Below, piece by piece: positions 43,785 to 54,591 of a stretch of 64,000 nt of DNA. Each line of letters begins with the position of its first letter. Within the stretch, counting starts at the first letter, position 1. The notes below the pieces were generated by a model, which worked only from the letters and a program-made list of their open reading frames with translations, made no database searches and was not told where the DNA came from. This DNA is from Clostridia bacterium (GTDB lineage Bacteria; Bacillota; Clostridia; Christensenellales; UBA1242), in contig CAAGAO010000030.1 of assembly GCA_900767835.1 (NCBI GenBank), forward strand, positions 26,766 through 90,765. Direction: 5' to 3'. Made by a program: the position numbers and the translations under genes.

Positions 43785-46700
43785 ATGAAAAAAACAATTT
43801 TAAATATATCAAAAATTATTCCAGCAATTTTTGCTTTAATTTCTGGTGTATTACTATTCTCCAGCAAAACAAATACATATGCTGATGAAGTGTCTTCTTT
43901 GCCTTCATATTTTTCTGTATATACTGCAGACTATAACAATTCTGAAGCAACAAAGTATTCCAAGAGAGAAGTAACAGATGTATTCTCAAATGGAGATGCT
44001 ATATTTCTAAAAAACAATCAAGCAGTTGTTTTAGAATTTGAAAAAGATAAACTTTTAATGGCTGATGGAAAAACTTTAAGAATCACTCAAGATATAGGTT
44101 ACACTGTCACTATAAATGGTCAACTTTTATCAACATCTTTAAAACTTGAAAATGGTTTTGATAATATTACTGGAGAAAATGAAGTTTTCAAACTAGCCAT
44201 TAATCCATCAATCGCATCTTTAAATGAATTTAATTATGGTAAATATTCAATAGAGTTTTCATATTGGTATTATGACGATATAGACACAAAAACAGTAAAG
44301 TTTACTTGCAATTTTTATATCTTTAATTATGATGACTATTGCGGAACAATAAACAAAAATTACTCTTTAAATAATAAAGTAAATGGTGCATATTGTTACT
44401 ATTATGATGGTTCAACAACTGATGGTAACTTGTTTAACCTAACTTATAACTACACACACTTTAATGTTAAAATAATTAAAACATATCAACAACTTTCATA
44501 CATTACCGAAGTTAAATATCAAAACAACACCTTAAATATTTTAAACACAAACGAACTTTCACAATCAACCACAACTAATTATGTAAAAATAAATAAAATT
44601 GACGGTACAACTTCCGCTAAAATAACTTTCAATGATATTGGTACATATTATGTTTATTACGAAACCGTTAACCCATATAACAATCAAGAAATATTTAGCG
44701 AGTATTATGAATATACAAACTCAGCCGTTGCCCCAAATACTAGCGACACAATTAATATATTTGGTTATCAATCTTTCTTCACTAGTCAAAATGGGCTAGA
44801 AGAATTTAAACAGGTTGATAGCACTGACGCAAGTGTAGTTAAATATCAAGCAGACGTAACATCTCTTTTAAACAGTGAAAAGAGTGATAACGAAAATTTT
44901 AATATTTTAAAAAATAAATACACTGGTGAAAATGCTTTAAAAATCGTATCAACCAACCAAGCACCAATATATTTTAAGACTAACGCAACTTTAGTTAGAG
45001 AAAAATCTCAATATTACTACTTTAAAGATATTTCTAAATTAACAACACTTCCAACAAATGTTTATTCCGAATTAACCAAAGATGCATATGTTTATAAAAA
45101 TTATTCTTGCACTCCACTTAGCACTGCTGGTATCTATTTAGTTAAACTTTCTTACACTTTTGATAAATATTCAGCAAATACACTAAGTCAATATTTCTTA
45201 TTTGAAATAACTAATAATTCTCCAAAACTTACAATCAATGAATTAATAGTTAGAACAAATGAAACAACTGGCGAAGAAGAAACCATAGAACAAGCAATTC
45301 CAACCGATTATGTTACATATAATGACATAAAAATTGAGAAGACTCAAAGTGGAATATTTGATTCAAAATCAGTATTAAAAATATATAAATCAAAAAACTT
45401 TAATGGTAGTGAACTCAGTGGTAATTATGATCAAATAGTTGAAGATAAAACAACATTAACTGAAAGTGCAAAATATAAAGTCGAATTAACTTATGGAAAT
45501 AAAGACCAAAAAAATTATGTTACATACTTTACTATAGATAAAACAGGTATAAGTGATGTTGCTTTAAACACATTAACCAAGTATTCTGGAACATTATATA
45601 CAAAAGACGGACTTGTAAATTCTTTCTATACAAACCAATCCGTTGCAATTAGTTGGACAAATAAAGAAAAAAGCGGTAAAGCCCAAACATATGCAGAATA
45701 TAAATTTTTCCCAACATCATATTCTTCAACCTTTACAAATACATTAACTTCAGATGTATTAAAAAATTATTATCGTTCACCATACACAACATATGGGATT
45801 CCATCAACTGACACTTTTGCTTATACAACTGGGAATATGCCTGTTTCAACTTACTCAAACACAATTAATTATTCAACTTTAAGCGAAAGCAATATCTTAT
45901 CTCAAAGCGGTTTATATATTGTTAAAATATATGACCAAACTGCTTTAACAAAAGAAGTTGAAGGCGTAAATGTAATTTATAAAGTATTCTTTATAGATAA
46001 AACCAAAACAAATATGGTGGCAGAATTTAATAACGAATGGGCATTTACGGGCGATGCAAAAATCACATCAGCAGATTATACTTTATATTTTGGTTCTCAT
46101 AAAATTATACAATTTGAAAAAATGTTAATAAATGACACAAATCTTGATGAATGGTTAAATTCAAAAGTATTATCAAATGCAACATATTTCAATAATTATT
46201 TTGAAACATACAAAGATAAATTATATTTAAAAATAGATACAAATAATACTATATATTATAGTAAAAATGAAAATAGTAGCATTGTCCCATATTCATATAC
46301 TATAAACGCATCTAATAATTACAGTAAAACCGAAAAAGCAATAGTAAATGGCAAACCTAATGAATCTCAATATATTTTCTATGTAGCATCAAAATCTAAC
46401 ACACAAGTTCAAAATAACTACAATAGTTTTAAAGATTACTATAATAATTGCCATATGGTTACATTCTCAACCGATAACTCAAAAATGGCTTTAACTTATA
46501 AAAATACTGATGGTAACAACTGGAATTTACAACAATTCTATGTTACATCTGTTGATGACAACACAAAATACAATTACTTCCAACCAACAAATGTAAACAC
46601 ATTGACATCAAGTAACGAAATATTAAATTTCTCTTATTGTACTGAACCATCGAATATACTCTCTGTCCAAAGTATAAAAATGGAATATTATTCATTTGAA

Positions 46701-49700
46701 AAAAGTTCTCATGGCACATATGTCTTTAAAACTGACCCTACTTCATCTTTATATATATATCAAAAAGATGGTGTAACTCTTGGAAATCAAATATTAGGCG
46801 AGGCTAATACTTATAGTTGGCAATTAAATGTAGAAAGTTATAATATAACAACAAACCAAACCGCTCAAAGAACAAGAGCAGGTAAGTATGTAATAACAAG
46901 AACATACGAAAATGCTTTAGATTCTAACGACCCAAAAGTTAGAGTATTAATATTTATAGTTGACAGAAATGGAATTATTAGTGCCCCAGAAGTTGACACA
47001 AACGGCAATTCAATTTATTACACTGGCGGTGGAATAAAATTACAAGTATTAAACAATTATCAAAGTATTAAGGATAGCACATTATTCTTCCACGATATAT
47101 ATTTTGCAAATCAAATGTCATCAGTATCTTCTGGTATTTCAAGTCCAGTTTTAACAACAAACCTACTTCCAGTTACATTGTATATCCCAGCATATAAATA
47201 TGGTTATGAACAATTTGCAACAAATACATATAACTATATTTATAAGCAAATGAATGGTAACACTAACAACTTTAATTCAGACGAACAATCAATTGTTGAA
47301 TATTATGATTATAAAGATAAAACATACAAAGCATATGACTCATATAAATTAAACGCATATGTTGAATATAGAAAAACAAATGTTTTAACAACAGCATATG
47401 AGGAAAGATTTGAGTTAAATAAAGTGTTGTCTAACAACTATTTAACAACAAGCACGCAAGAAGGTATTTTAACATTTAATAAAGATGGTTATTATCATGT
47501 AGTTGTTTATTCAAATGGTGGAGACCAATTTACCTTTGACTTTAAAATAGAATATAAAGAACCAGAATATACACTTTTAGATAACAAAAATAATCCTTTA
47601 ACTCCATACGATAACATATATTATACAAATAAACCAATAGTAAGAATTTCTTGGGAAAATTCTCCAAATAAATTCTTAGCAAACATCAACCAAAACGAAA
47701 TCACATACAAAGTATCTAATGGTTTAACTGGTAAAATTAACGCTGACAAGATAATATCTAATGGCGAAAATGGTTACTATGTAGATTTAAATTTAACCGA
47801 ATTAAACGACACATTTGTTCACGGTAGGCAGATTGATATAACTCTACAATTCAATGGTAATAAAGAAGATTATAATAATGAAGCATATTTCTCAAAAACA
47901 ACCTCAATACTTGTAGACTTAGAAGCCCCTATAAAGAATGTATCTTCGTTAGTGAAATTAACTGGTTTAAACTTTAATCAATTACGCGAATATTACTTAG
48001 CAGATGGCGATTCAAGTAGTTTAAGATATAATATGTCAAAGAGTTCTGGGTTATTTGCAAATTACTCATATATATTAGATATAAGCAATTACACAGATTA
48101 TATAAAGACACCAGAAACAAACAATTATGATTTTTATAAAGCATATTACAGAATTTTTGATGTTGACGGTATTAATACAAAATATGTAATAGGTAACACT
48201 CAAGAAAGCGAAATATATCTAGATAACTATAACGACACTTCTGAAAATATTTTGTTTAAAACTAAAGATACTTTTGAAACCTTATTTAAAGCAAATGTTG
48301 GCAAATATATAGAAATAATAGAAGAAGATTATGCTGGTAATCGTACAGTTTACACAATTTATATAACCGATTTATCAAAGAGTAATGAAACAGCAATTGA
48401 ATATAAATCTTTAACATCAACAACTGGTGACACATCAAAAACTATCTCATATAAAGATTTATCACAAAACTTAAATATATATTCAAAATATTCTTTAAAT
48501 TTTGAAAAAGTTGATTTATTAAACAATAATTCATATTTAAGTGGCAGATATTACTTAATTATAAGTGTAAATGGTGAAAAATATATCAAAACACCATTTT
48601 CAAGTGGTAAATTTTACAAAATCTCAAGTTTTGTATCAACTGAAGAAAGTCCTTTATATACATTGCAAGAAATAACAAACCTATCATCTAGTTCTTCATC
48701 ACAACCAATAGTTATTTATTCGGCTCCTGTTTATGGAACAATTACAATTAATGCTTATGTATTAAACAAAGTTCTAGAAACTTATACCCTAGCACAATAC
48801 GAAGGAAGTCAATTAGTAGAAGGTATTATGATAAAATTACCTTCAAACTCAGCAGACGAAAACCGACTTTACGCAACAAACTTAACTGTTTCAGGTGTTA
48901 TTAGTGGTTTAGTAATCAATCCTTTTGTTGTAGATAATGAAAATTATTTTATAACCGAACAACCTACATACACATCTCAAAACTATAAAATTACTTATAT
49001 TACAGGTGTAGGTGGCGAAAAATATTTCCGTTTTGAAGTAATTAGAAGTATTAGTAAAAATGACTACTTTATTTATGAAATAACCGATAATTTTGGCGAA
49101 AAAACTAAAATAACACATATTTTTGGACAAATAGAAATTAAAGATCCAATAACATCAGAAGGCGAAATTATTACATCTTACAAAGATAATGGAGCATATG
49201 TTTATTATTCAAGTGAAAACATTTTATATAAATATGATACAACAATTTATTCATCAACTAATATAACTGTTAGTCACGATGGAATAAACAGAGTTTATAG
49301 AGTAACAAAAGTTGGTTCAAAAATTAAAGTAGAAATTAGAAACAATGATGTTTATACTGAAACTCAAGACTATGCAACATTCTTTAATTGCACTTTAGTT
49401 AATGGCTCTATTATGTATCTTGAATTAAAAGGTGCTGTAATAGAAATTCATAAAGGCAATTTAGGTAATAATTACGAATACTTAGTTCAACTAACTTTAA
49501 ATAGAGATTTTAGTACTGGTGCTACTCAAGATAGCGATTCTAAATATTTCTGTATTTATAATAAAGTTCCTAAAATATCACTTCTAGGTTCAAATGGCGA
49601 TGATGTCACTTCAATTTTAGGTAATAAAGGTGTTTATACTAACAATATCACAATAAATTATGAACAAACTGTTTTAGATTTTAGTTATGAAATGTATTTA

Positions 49701-51419
49701 ATAATTCCAGACGGCACTGTTCTTCGTTTAACTGACGAATATACAGCAAAAGAGAACGGAACATATAGAATAGTTGTAAGTTATTTAGGTGATTTAAAAG
49801 GTATTTCAAAATCTCTATACTTTACAATAAAAAATACTTCAGATTATAAATTCTCAGTTATGAAAATCAACTCAGATGGTTCTTACTCAGAAGTTAATGC
49901 AACTGGTAATTCATTTAGTTATCAAGTAAAAAGCGGTAATAACTCAGCCGTTAAGACCGAACAAGTGCATTATATTGTAAATGGCGATTATACAATTTTA
50001 GTTAACGAAAGTTTAAGTTTAGTTTATGAAACAACCTATGTCGTTGATGACTATACAACTATATATACAATTCATACAAATTACGATAATTTGTCGCTTG
50101 TAGATTTCTTCTCTTGCAGAATTGCTATTACTAAAATTCCTGTAACATATTCAATATTTAAAGAAAATGATTTTGTTGAATATGATAGTACTGGTAACTC
50201 TCAAGACTTAACAAAATCAACATCAATAATTAGTTCTATATACACTAAAGATGGTTACGATACTGGTAGAAAAATTGCTTGGAAATCTTGGTATTTAATT
50301 CCAGAAAACTTAATAAGTGCAACAATTTATTATGGCGAAATTGGTAAGACTGTTTATACCCCAGTTGTTACTAAAAATGATGACTATTTTACAACAACTT
50401 TAAAATCTTCTGGTGTATACTACTTTAAATTTACAGATATTGCTGGCAATTCTCATTTCTTTGGTGCATACTTAGACACAGAATACTTTGCAATAAAATA
50501 TTTAAGTAGTGTTATATTTGAAATTAATGATGAAAACCCAATCAATTATGCAATTTATGATAAAGAAGTAAAAGTAAATATTCCAGAAAATACTTTAGAT
50601 TACTACGATACAAACGCAAAACCAACAATTAATGTAGAATTAAATGGCGAACTTATTACTGTAAAAGCAACATCAAAATACACTTGGAATTTCACTCAAC
50701 AAGGTTTATATAAAATTTGGTTTAGTGCAAAAATTAATGGTGAAAGCATTTATGAAGCACCACTATATTTCACAATTCTAAGTTCTAACGAAACTCGTAC
50801 TGTATTTAATTTTTCATCTTATGGCGATTATTACATTGAAGACATTTTACTTGATGGTGTGTCTGTAAATAGCAAACTTGCAAATTCTAATAATGGTTCA
50901 TTATATAATAATAAGTATTTAAAAGAATTAACATTGCATGTTAACGATTTAAAAACAGGCGAAGGTGTTTGGACATTTGTAATTAACGCAAATAACGAAT
51001 TTAATCAAAAATACACATTCTCTGTATGGATAAATAATCCAACAATACCAATTATTTTGTCACATCAAAATGGTACAAAAACAACCGATTCTATAACAAT
51101 AACTTTCTTAGCATCAAATATTTTAAGCGAAGCAGGAGATTGTATTTTAAAAATTACTGGCGAGAAAGATTTATATATAACTAAAGAAGCATTAGAAAGC
51201 GGAAATTTAACCGAACTTAATGAAATAACTTTAACAGCAACAAGAGAATACTATATTGAAGTTACAACTCTTAGTGGACAATTATTATATAGTTCATATA
51301 TAAATAAAGTTGAACCATTAAATGCAGTTTCTATTATTGTAATTTCTGTTTCATCAGTTGTTTTAGTTGCTGGTGTTGTGTTATTCATCTTACTTCGTAA
51401 AAAGATGAAAATAAAATAA
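43785..51419 (+). CDS. Giant (2544 aa) surface protein with an N-terminal signal peptide and a C-terminal TM anchor
   Basis: Signal peptide MKKTILNISKIIPAIFALISGVLLFSSKTNTYA. N/T/Y/S/K-rich beta-type composition throughout. The C-terminal end is VSIIVISVSSVVLVAGVVLFILLRKKMKIK. No LPXTG motif is present. Confidence 0.8.
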   Translation: MKKTILNISKIIPAIFALISGVLLFSSKTNTYADEVSSLPSYFSVYTADYNNSEATKYSKREVTDVFSNGDAIFLKNNQAVVLEFEKDKLLMADGKTLRITQDIGYTVTINGQLLSTSLKLENGFDNITGENEVFKLAINPSIASLNEFNYGKYSIEFSYWYYDDIDTKTVKFTCNFYIFNYDDYCGTINKNYSLNNKVNGAYCYYYDGSTTDGNLFNLTYNYTHFNVKIIKTYQQLSYITEVKYQNNTLNILNTNELSQSTTTNYVKINKIDGTTSAKITFNDIGTYYVYYETVNPYNNQEIFSEYYEYTNSAVAPNTSDTINIFGYQSFFTSQNGLEEFKQVDSTDASVVKYQADVTSLLNSEKSDNENFNILKNKYTGENALKIVSTNQAPIYFKTNATLVREKSQYYYFKDISKLTTLPTNVYSELTKDAYVYKNYSCTPLSTAGIYLVKLSYTFDKYSANTLSQYFLFEITNNSPKLTINELIVRTNETTGEEETIEQAIPTDYVTYNDIKIEKTQSGIFDSKSVLKIYKSKNFNGSELSGNYDQIVEDKTTLTESAKYKVELTYGNKDQKNYVTYFTIDKTGISDVALNTLTKYSGTLYTKDGLVNSFYTNQSVAISWTNKEKSGKAQTYAEYKFFPTSYSSTFTNTLTSDVLKNYYRSPYTTYGIPSTDTFAYTTGNMPVSTYSNTINYSTLSESNILSQSGLYIVKIYDQTALTKEVEGVNVIYKVFFIDKTKTNMVAEFNNEWAFTGDAKITSADYTLYFGSHKIIQFEKMLINDTNLDEWLNSKVLSNATYFNNYFETYKDKLYLKIDTNNTIYYSKNENSSIVPYSYTINASNNYSKTEKAIVNGKPNESQYIFYVASKSNTQVQNNYNSFKDYYNNCHMVTFSTDNSKMALTYKNTDGNNWNLQQFYVTSVDDNTKYNYFQPTNVNTLTSSNEILNFSYCTEPSNILSVQSIKMEYYSFEKSSHGTYVFKTDPTSSLYIYQKDGVTLGNQILGEANTYSWQLNVESYNITTNQTAQRTRAGKYVITRTYENALDSNDPKVRVLIFIVDRNGIISAPEVDTNGNSIYYTGGGIKLQVLNNYQSIKDSTLFFHDIYFANQMSSVSSGISSPVLTTNLLPVTLYIPAYKYGYEQFATNTYNYIYKQMNGNTNNFNSDEQSIVEYYDYKDKTYKAYDSYKLNAYVEYRKTNVLTTAYEERFELNKVLSNNYLTTSTQEGILTFNKDGYYHVVVYSNGGDQFTFDFKIEYKEPEYTLLDNKNNPLTPYDNIYYTNKPIVRISWENSPNKFLANINQNEITYKVSNGLTGKINADKIISNGENGYYVDLNLTELNDTFVHGRQIDITLQFNGNKEDYNNEAYFSKTTSILVDLEAPIKNVSSLVKLTGLNFNQLREYYLADGDSSSLRYNMSKSSGLFANYSYILDISNYTDYIKTPETNNYDFYKAYYRIFDVDGINTKYVIGNTQESEIYLDNYNDTSENILFKTKDTFETLFKANVGKYIEIIEEDYAGNRTVYTIYITDLSKSNETAIEYKSLTSTTGDTSKTISYKDLSQNLNIYSKYSLNFEKVDLLNNNSYLSGRYYLIISVNGEKYIKTPFSSGKFYKISSFVSTEESPLYTLQEITNLSSSSSSQPIVIYSAPVYGTITINAYVLNKVLETYTLAQYEGSQLVEGIMIKLPSNSADENRLYATNLTVSGVISGLVINPFVVDNENYFITEQPTYTSQNYKITYITGVGGEKYFRFEVIRSISKNDYFIYEITDNFGEKTKITHIFGQIEIKDPITSEGEIITSYKDNGAYVYYSSENILYKYDTTIYSSTNITVSHDGINRVYRVTKVGSKIKVEIRNNDVYTETQDYATFFNCTLVNGSIMYLELKGAVIEIHKGNLGNNYEYLVQLTLNRDFSTGATQDSDSKYFCIYNKVPKISLLGSNGDDVTSILGNKGVYTNNITINYEQTVLDFSYEMYLIIPDGTVLRLTDEYTAKENGTYRIVVSYLGDLKGISKSLYFTIKNTSDYKFSVMKINSDGSYSEVNATGNSFSYQVKSGNNSAVKTEQVHYIVNGDYTILVNESLSLVYETTYVVDDYTTIYTIHTNYDNLSLVDFFSCRIAITKIPVTYSIFKENDFVEYDSTGNSQDLTKSTSIISSIYTKDGYDTGRKIAWKSWYLIPENLISATIYYGEIGKTVYTPVVTKNDDYFTTTLKSSGVYYFKFTDIAGNSHFFGAYLDTEYFAIKYLSSVIFEINDENPINYAIYDKEVKVNIPENTLDYYDTNAKPTINVELNGELITVKATSKYTWNFTQQGLYKIWFSAKINGESIYEAPLYFTILSSNETRTVFNFSSYGDYYIEDILLDGVSVNSKLANSNNGSLYNNKYLKELTLHVNDLKTGEGVWTFVINANNEFNQKYTFSVWINNPTIPIILSHQNGTKTTDSITITFLASNILSEAGDCILKITGEKDLYITKEALESGNLTELNEITLTATREYYIEVTTLSGQLLYSSYINKVEPLNAVSIIVISVSSVVLVAGVVLFILLRKKMKIK

Positions 51420-51749
51420 TAACTAACATAAAAAACAAGAAAAAACGGACTTTATATTTACATAAAAGAACACTTAAAATCGATATGTAAATATTTAATA
51501 GTTTGTATTTAAACCACTATTTAATTTAAACAAAAACTTTTTTAAGTATGTTATTATGTAACTAAAATTATTATACTAAAGACAATAAAACACTAATCTT
51601 AATAGGTTAGTGTTTTATCTTAAAATTTTATAAGTTAAAACATTATTTTCCTTATCTACGTTTTATAAAAACAAAAATAAATTTTAATTTTTTATTATTT
51701 TTTCGTTAAAAATTTTACCTTTCAATTAATCGATTTTATCACGAGTTTT

Positions 51750-52140
51750 ACACATTAATGTTTATAACTTTATACACATCAATGTTAACTTGTGGATAAC
51801 TTATAACTTTATAAAAAAATAAAGTTTTATTAATAAATTTTATTAATAATTGTTTATAATAAAAATTTGTCAAAAAGTGAAAAAATGTGAAAATGTGTAT
51901 AACATAGCAACATTTATACACATAGTTATACACATTATATTATACAATATATAGTATAATAGTTGAAATTTAAACTAAATATACAATATATATTGTGTAT
52001 TATAAATCTTATCCACTTTTTCACAGTCTATAATATTAATAATAATATCTAATAATATATTTAATATATAAAATGAAGCAAAAATTTTCTTTCTAATTAA
52101 ACATATTTATATTGTATTTAATTGTGGATAAATAGTATCT
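51750..52140. promoter_or_regulatory. Candidate oriC / DnaA-box cluster upstream of dnaN
   Basis: Perfect boxes TGTGGATAA lie at 51791-99 and 52123-31. One-mismatch boxes lie at 51770-78, 51894-902, 51914-22, 51926-34 (TTATACACA type) and 52009-17 (TTATCCACT). The flanks are extremely AT-rich. Confidence 0.6.
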
Positions 52141-52261
52141 TAAAAAGAATAAATATTTTATATATTATTCTTGCACTAAAACTAGAAAAGTGTTATAATA
52201 AAAAGGTAAAAAATGAGTTTACTTTTAGAGTAAATTTTTAGAGATTAAAAGGAATATTTTT

Positions 52262-53365
52262 ATGCAAATTATTTGTGATGGATTAGATTTATCAGATGCA
52301 GTTTTAAAAGTTAGTAAAGCGATATCAACAAGAACAACTAACCCTATTTTAGAAGGTATTAAAATTGTAGCAAGTGAAGATACTTTAACATTAAGTGCAA
52401 CCGATACAGAACTTTCAATTGAAAAGAAAATTAAAGCAGATGTTAAGGTTGAAGGTGAAACGGTTGTCCCAGGTAAATTCTTTACCGAATTTATGAAAAA
52501 GTTATCAAATGAAAAAATTGAACTAGAATTAAATAATCAAAATCAATTAAAAATTAGATATATGGATAGTGAAAGTTTTATTCAATGTTTTGTAACAAAC
52601 GAATATCCAAGTTTTAATATTATTGATAGTAACGACAAATTTTCACTTTCAAATGTAAAATTAAAAAACTTAATCAATAAAAGTATATTTTCAGTTGCAA
52701 TTGATGATTCTCGTCCTATTTTAAAAGGTACACTTTTAGAAATTAATTCTAAACAAGTTAAAGCAGTCGCTCTTGACGGTTACAGACTTGCTATGGTTAC
52801 TGAACCAGTTATTGAATCTAGTGTAAATGGAGGTGTTATTGTTCCTGCTAGGTCACTATCTGAAATTGCAAAATTATTAAATGACTCTGATGATAAAGTT
52901 ACAATATTTATTGATAGCAAATATATAATGGTTGATCTTGGAGATACAAAAGTTATATCTAGAATTTTAGAAGGCGAATTTTTAAACTATAAACAAATTA
53001 TTGCAACTGAATTTACTACCGAAGTTGTAATAAATAAAGCACAATTAACAGATGCTCTTGAAAGAGCCTCATTGCTATCAAAAGTTGGACAAAATAACCT
53101 TGTTAAATTTGATATTAAAGAAAATAATTTACTTTTAACATCAAATTCAGAGATAGGTAATGTTAAAGAAAATATAAGCATCAACCAACAAGGAAAAGAT
53201 TTGTTTATAGCCTTTAATGCAAGATATTTTATGGAAGCATTTAGAACAAATAATGATGATTTTGTTAAAATTAAATTTAACTCAGCATCAAATCCATGTG
53301 TTGTTGTTCCAGCATCTGGAAATGAAGAATATTTATACTTAATTTTGCCAGTTAGAATTTTGTAA
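52262..53365 (+). CDS. dnaN: DNA polymerase III beta sliding clamp
   Basis: 367 aa. The N-terminus MQIICDGLDLSDAVLKVSKAISTRTTNPILEGIKI and three-domain length are typical of DnaN. Confidence 0.9.
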   Translation: MQIICDGLDLSDAVLKVSKAISTRTTNPILEGIKIVASEDTLTLSATDTELSIEKKIKADVKVEGETVVPGKFFTEFMKKLSNEKIELELNNQNQLKIRYMDSESFIQCFVTNEYPSFNIIDSNDKFSLSNVKLKNLINKSIFSVAIDDSRPILKGTLLEINSKQVKAVALDGYRLAMVTEPVIESSVNGGVIVPARSLSEIAKLLNDSDDKVTIFIDSKYIMVDLGDTKVISRILEGEFLNYKQIIATEFTTEVVINKAQLTDALERASLLSKVGQNNLVKFDIKENNLLLTSNSEIGNVKENISINQQGKDLFIAFNARYFMEAFRTNNDDFVKIKFNSASNPCVVVPASGNEEYLYLILPVRIL

Positions 53366-53477
53366 TATTTATTATTCGATTAACAAAATTATTAAAAAAA
53401 TTGAAATTTAATATATTAGTGTTGTTTATTAATAAACAAAATATTTTACTCTAGTCTATGTTTTTTGATACTAATAC

Positions 53478-53516
53478 AAAAAGAACCTAACTTAAAAATG
53501 TTAGATTCTTTTTTTG
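53478..53516 (+). terminator. Terminator after dnaN (member of a duplicated terminator module)
   Basis: acaaaaagaacctaacttaaaaatgttagattcttttttt is nearly identical to 57747-57787. Confidence 0.7.
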
Positions 53517-53686
53517 TTTTTACTACTTTCAAAGATATTTTATTCTTTTAAATAAAAAAAATTGTTTGTCAACAATGGGTGTAAAATATTTTAGTATTGT
53601 TATACATTTTATCCTAAAGCTTAAGTTTTCAGAGAAAATTTGTCTATCCTAAAGCAATTACTATTTTTGTCGTTTTCTATTGCAAA

Positions 53687-53722
53687 AAACCGAACCTGAA
53701 CAAAAGTTCAGATTCGGCTCTT
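53687..53722 (-). terminator. Terminator of tRNA-Asn
   Basis: On the minus strand, stem ccgaatctgaac/gttcaggttcgg is followed by a U-run. Confidence 0.7.
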
Positions 53723-53723
53723 T

Positions 53724-53798
53724 TGGCTCCCCAGGTCCGGTTCGAACGGACGACCTACCGGTTAACAGCCGGTTGCTCCACCGCTGAGCTACTGAGGA
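53724..53798 (-). tRNA. tRNA-Asn (GUU)
   Basis: TCCTCAGTAGCTCAGCGGTGGAGCAACCGGCTGTTAACCGGTAGGTCGTCCGTTCGAACCGGACCTGGGGAGCCA. The anticodon loop is CTGTTAA. Confidence 0.9.
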
Positions 53799-53976
53799 AT
53801 ATGCGGTTGTTTATTAAAAACAATGTAATAATAACACGAACAATAAGTAAAGTCAACAATTTTTTCAAAAAAAATTAAATTGTTTTTAAAGGGTTAAAAT
53901 TTAAGAATATTTTAATTAATGTATAAATTAAAAATGGTATGGCAAAAATTGTTTTGTAACAAAAAAAGGAGTAATT

Positions 53977-54591
53977 ATGAACTTTGATGAAAGCAAAACA
54001 AAAGAAAATTTAGCACGTGGTTTTATTGCTGAATGTACAGCTGGTGCTAGATATCAATTTATGGCAAAAGACGCAAAAGCGAATGGTTATGGCTTTTTAT
54101 CTAACACATTTAAAGCCCTTGCAAAGAATGAAATGGCCCATGCACGAGTATTTTATGATTACATTTTAAACAAAGGCAAAAAAGGTGATGCAACCACTTG
54201 TAAAAATAATGGCTATAAAAATATTGATGTGACTATTGGCTTTCCATTTACAAATTATATTTTACCAGAGTCAATTCGTATGGAAAGTGAAACCGAGTTG
54301 CACGAAAATCAAGAAGTATACAAAATTTTTGAAAAAGAAGCCATAAATGAGGGGTTTAATGATGTTGCCGAAAGTTTTCATTATGTTGTGCAAGTAGAGC
54401 ATTGTCATTATCTAAAACTAAAAGAACTCTATGATAAAATGTCAAAAAATAAATTATACAAAATGTCAAAAGTAAACAAATGGAAATGCACAAATTGTGG
54501 TACCGAACTTGAATTAAAAGAAGCACCAAAAAATTGTCCTATGTGTGGTTATGACCAAGGATATTATATGGTACCTATGTCTGACGAATAG
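53977..54591 (+). CDS. rbr: Rubrerythrin (ferritin-like diiron domain plus C-terminal rubredoxin-like CxxC...CxxC)
   Basis: NLARGFIAECTAGARYQF, EMAHARVF, and the C-terminal CTNCG...CPMCG are present. Confidence 0.8.
   Translation: MNFDESKTKENLARGFIAECTAGARYQFMAKDAKANGYGFLSNTFKALAKNEMAHARVFYDYILNKGKKGDATTCKNNGYKNIDVTIGFPFTNYILPESIRMESETELHENQEVYKIFEKEAINEGFNDVAESFHYVVQVEHCHYLKLKELYDKMSKNKLYKMSKVNKWKCTNCGTELELKEAPKNCPMCGYDQGYYMVPMSDE

Noticed and set aside
41179-51419. Calling 41.2-51.4 kb (coupling protein plus giant adhesin) an ICE or conjugative element
   Set aside because: No integrase, relaxase, VirB4, oriT-like repeat, flanking direct repeats or tRNA boundary is visible. Only the coupling protein itself is a confident T4SS homologue.
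51748-51933. 61-aa ORF inside the dnaN upstream region
   Set aside because: It lies within the DnaA-box cluster. It has F/Y/N/K-rich nonsense composition and no RBS. It is not a dnaA remnant.
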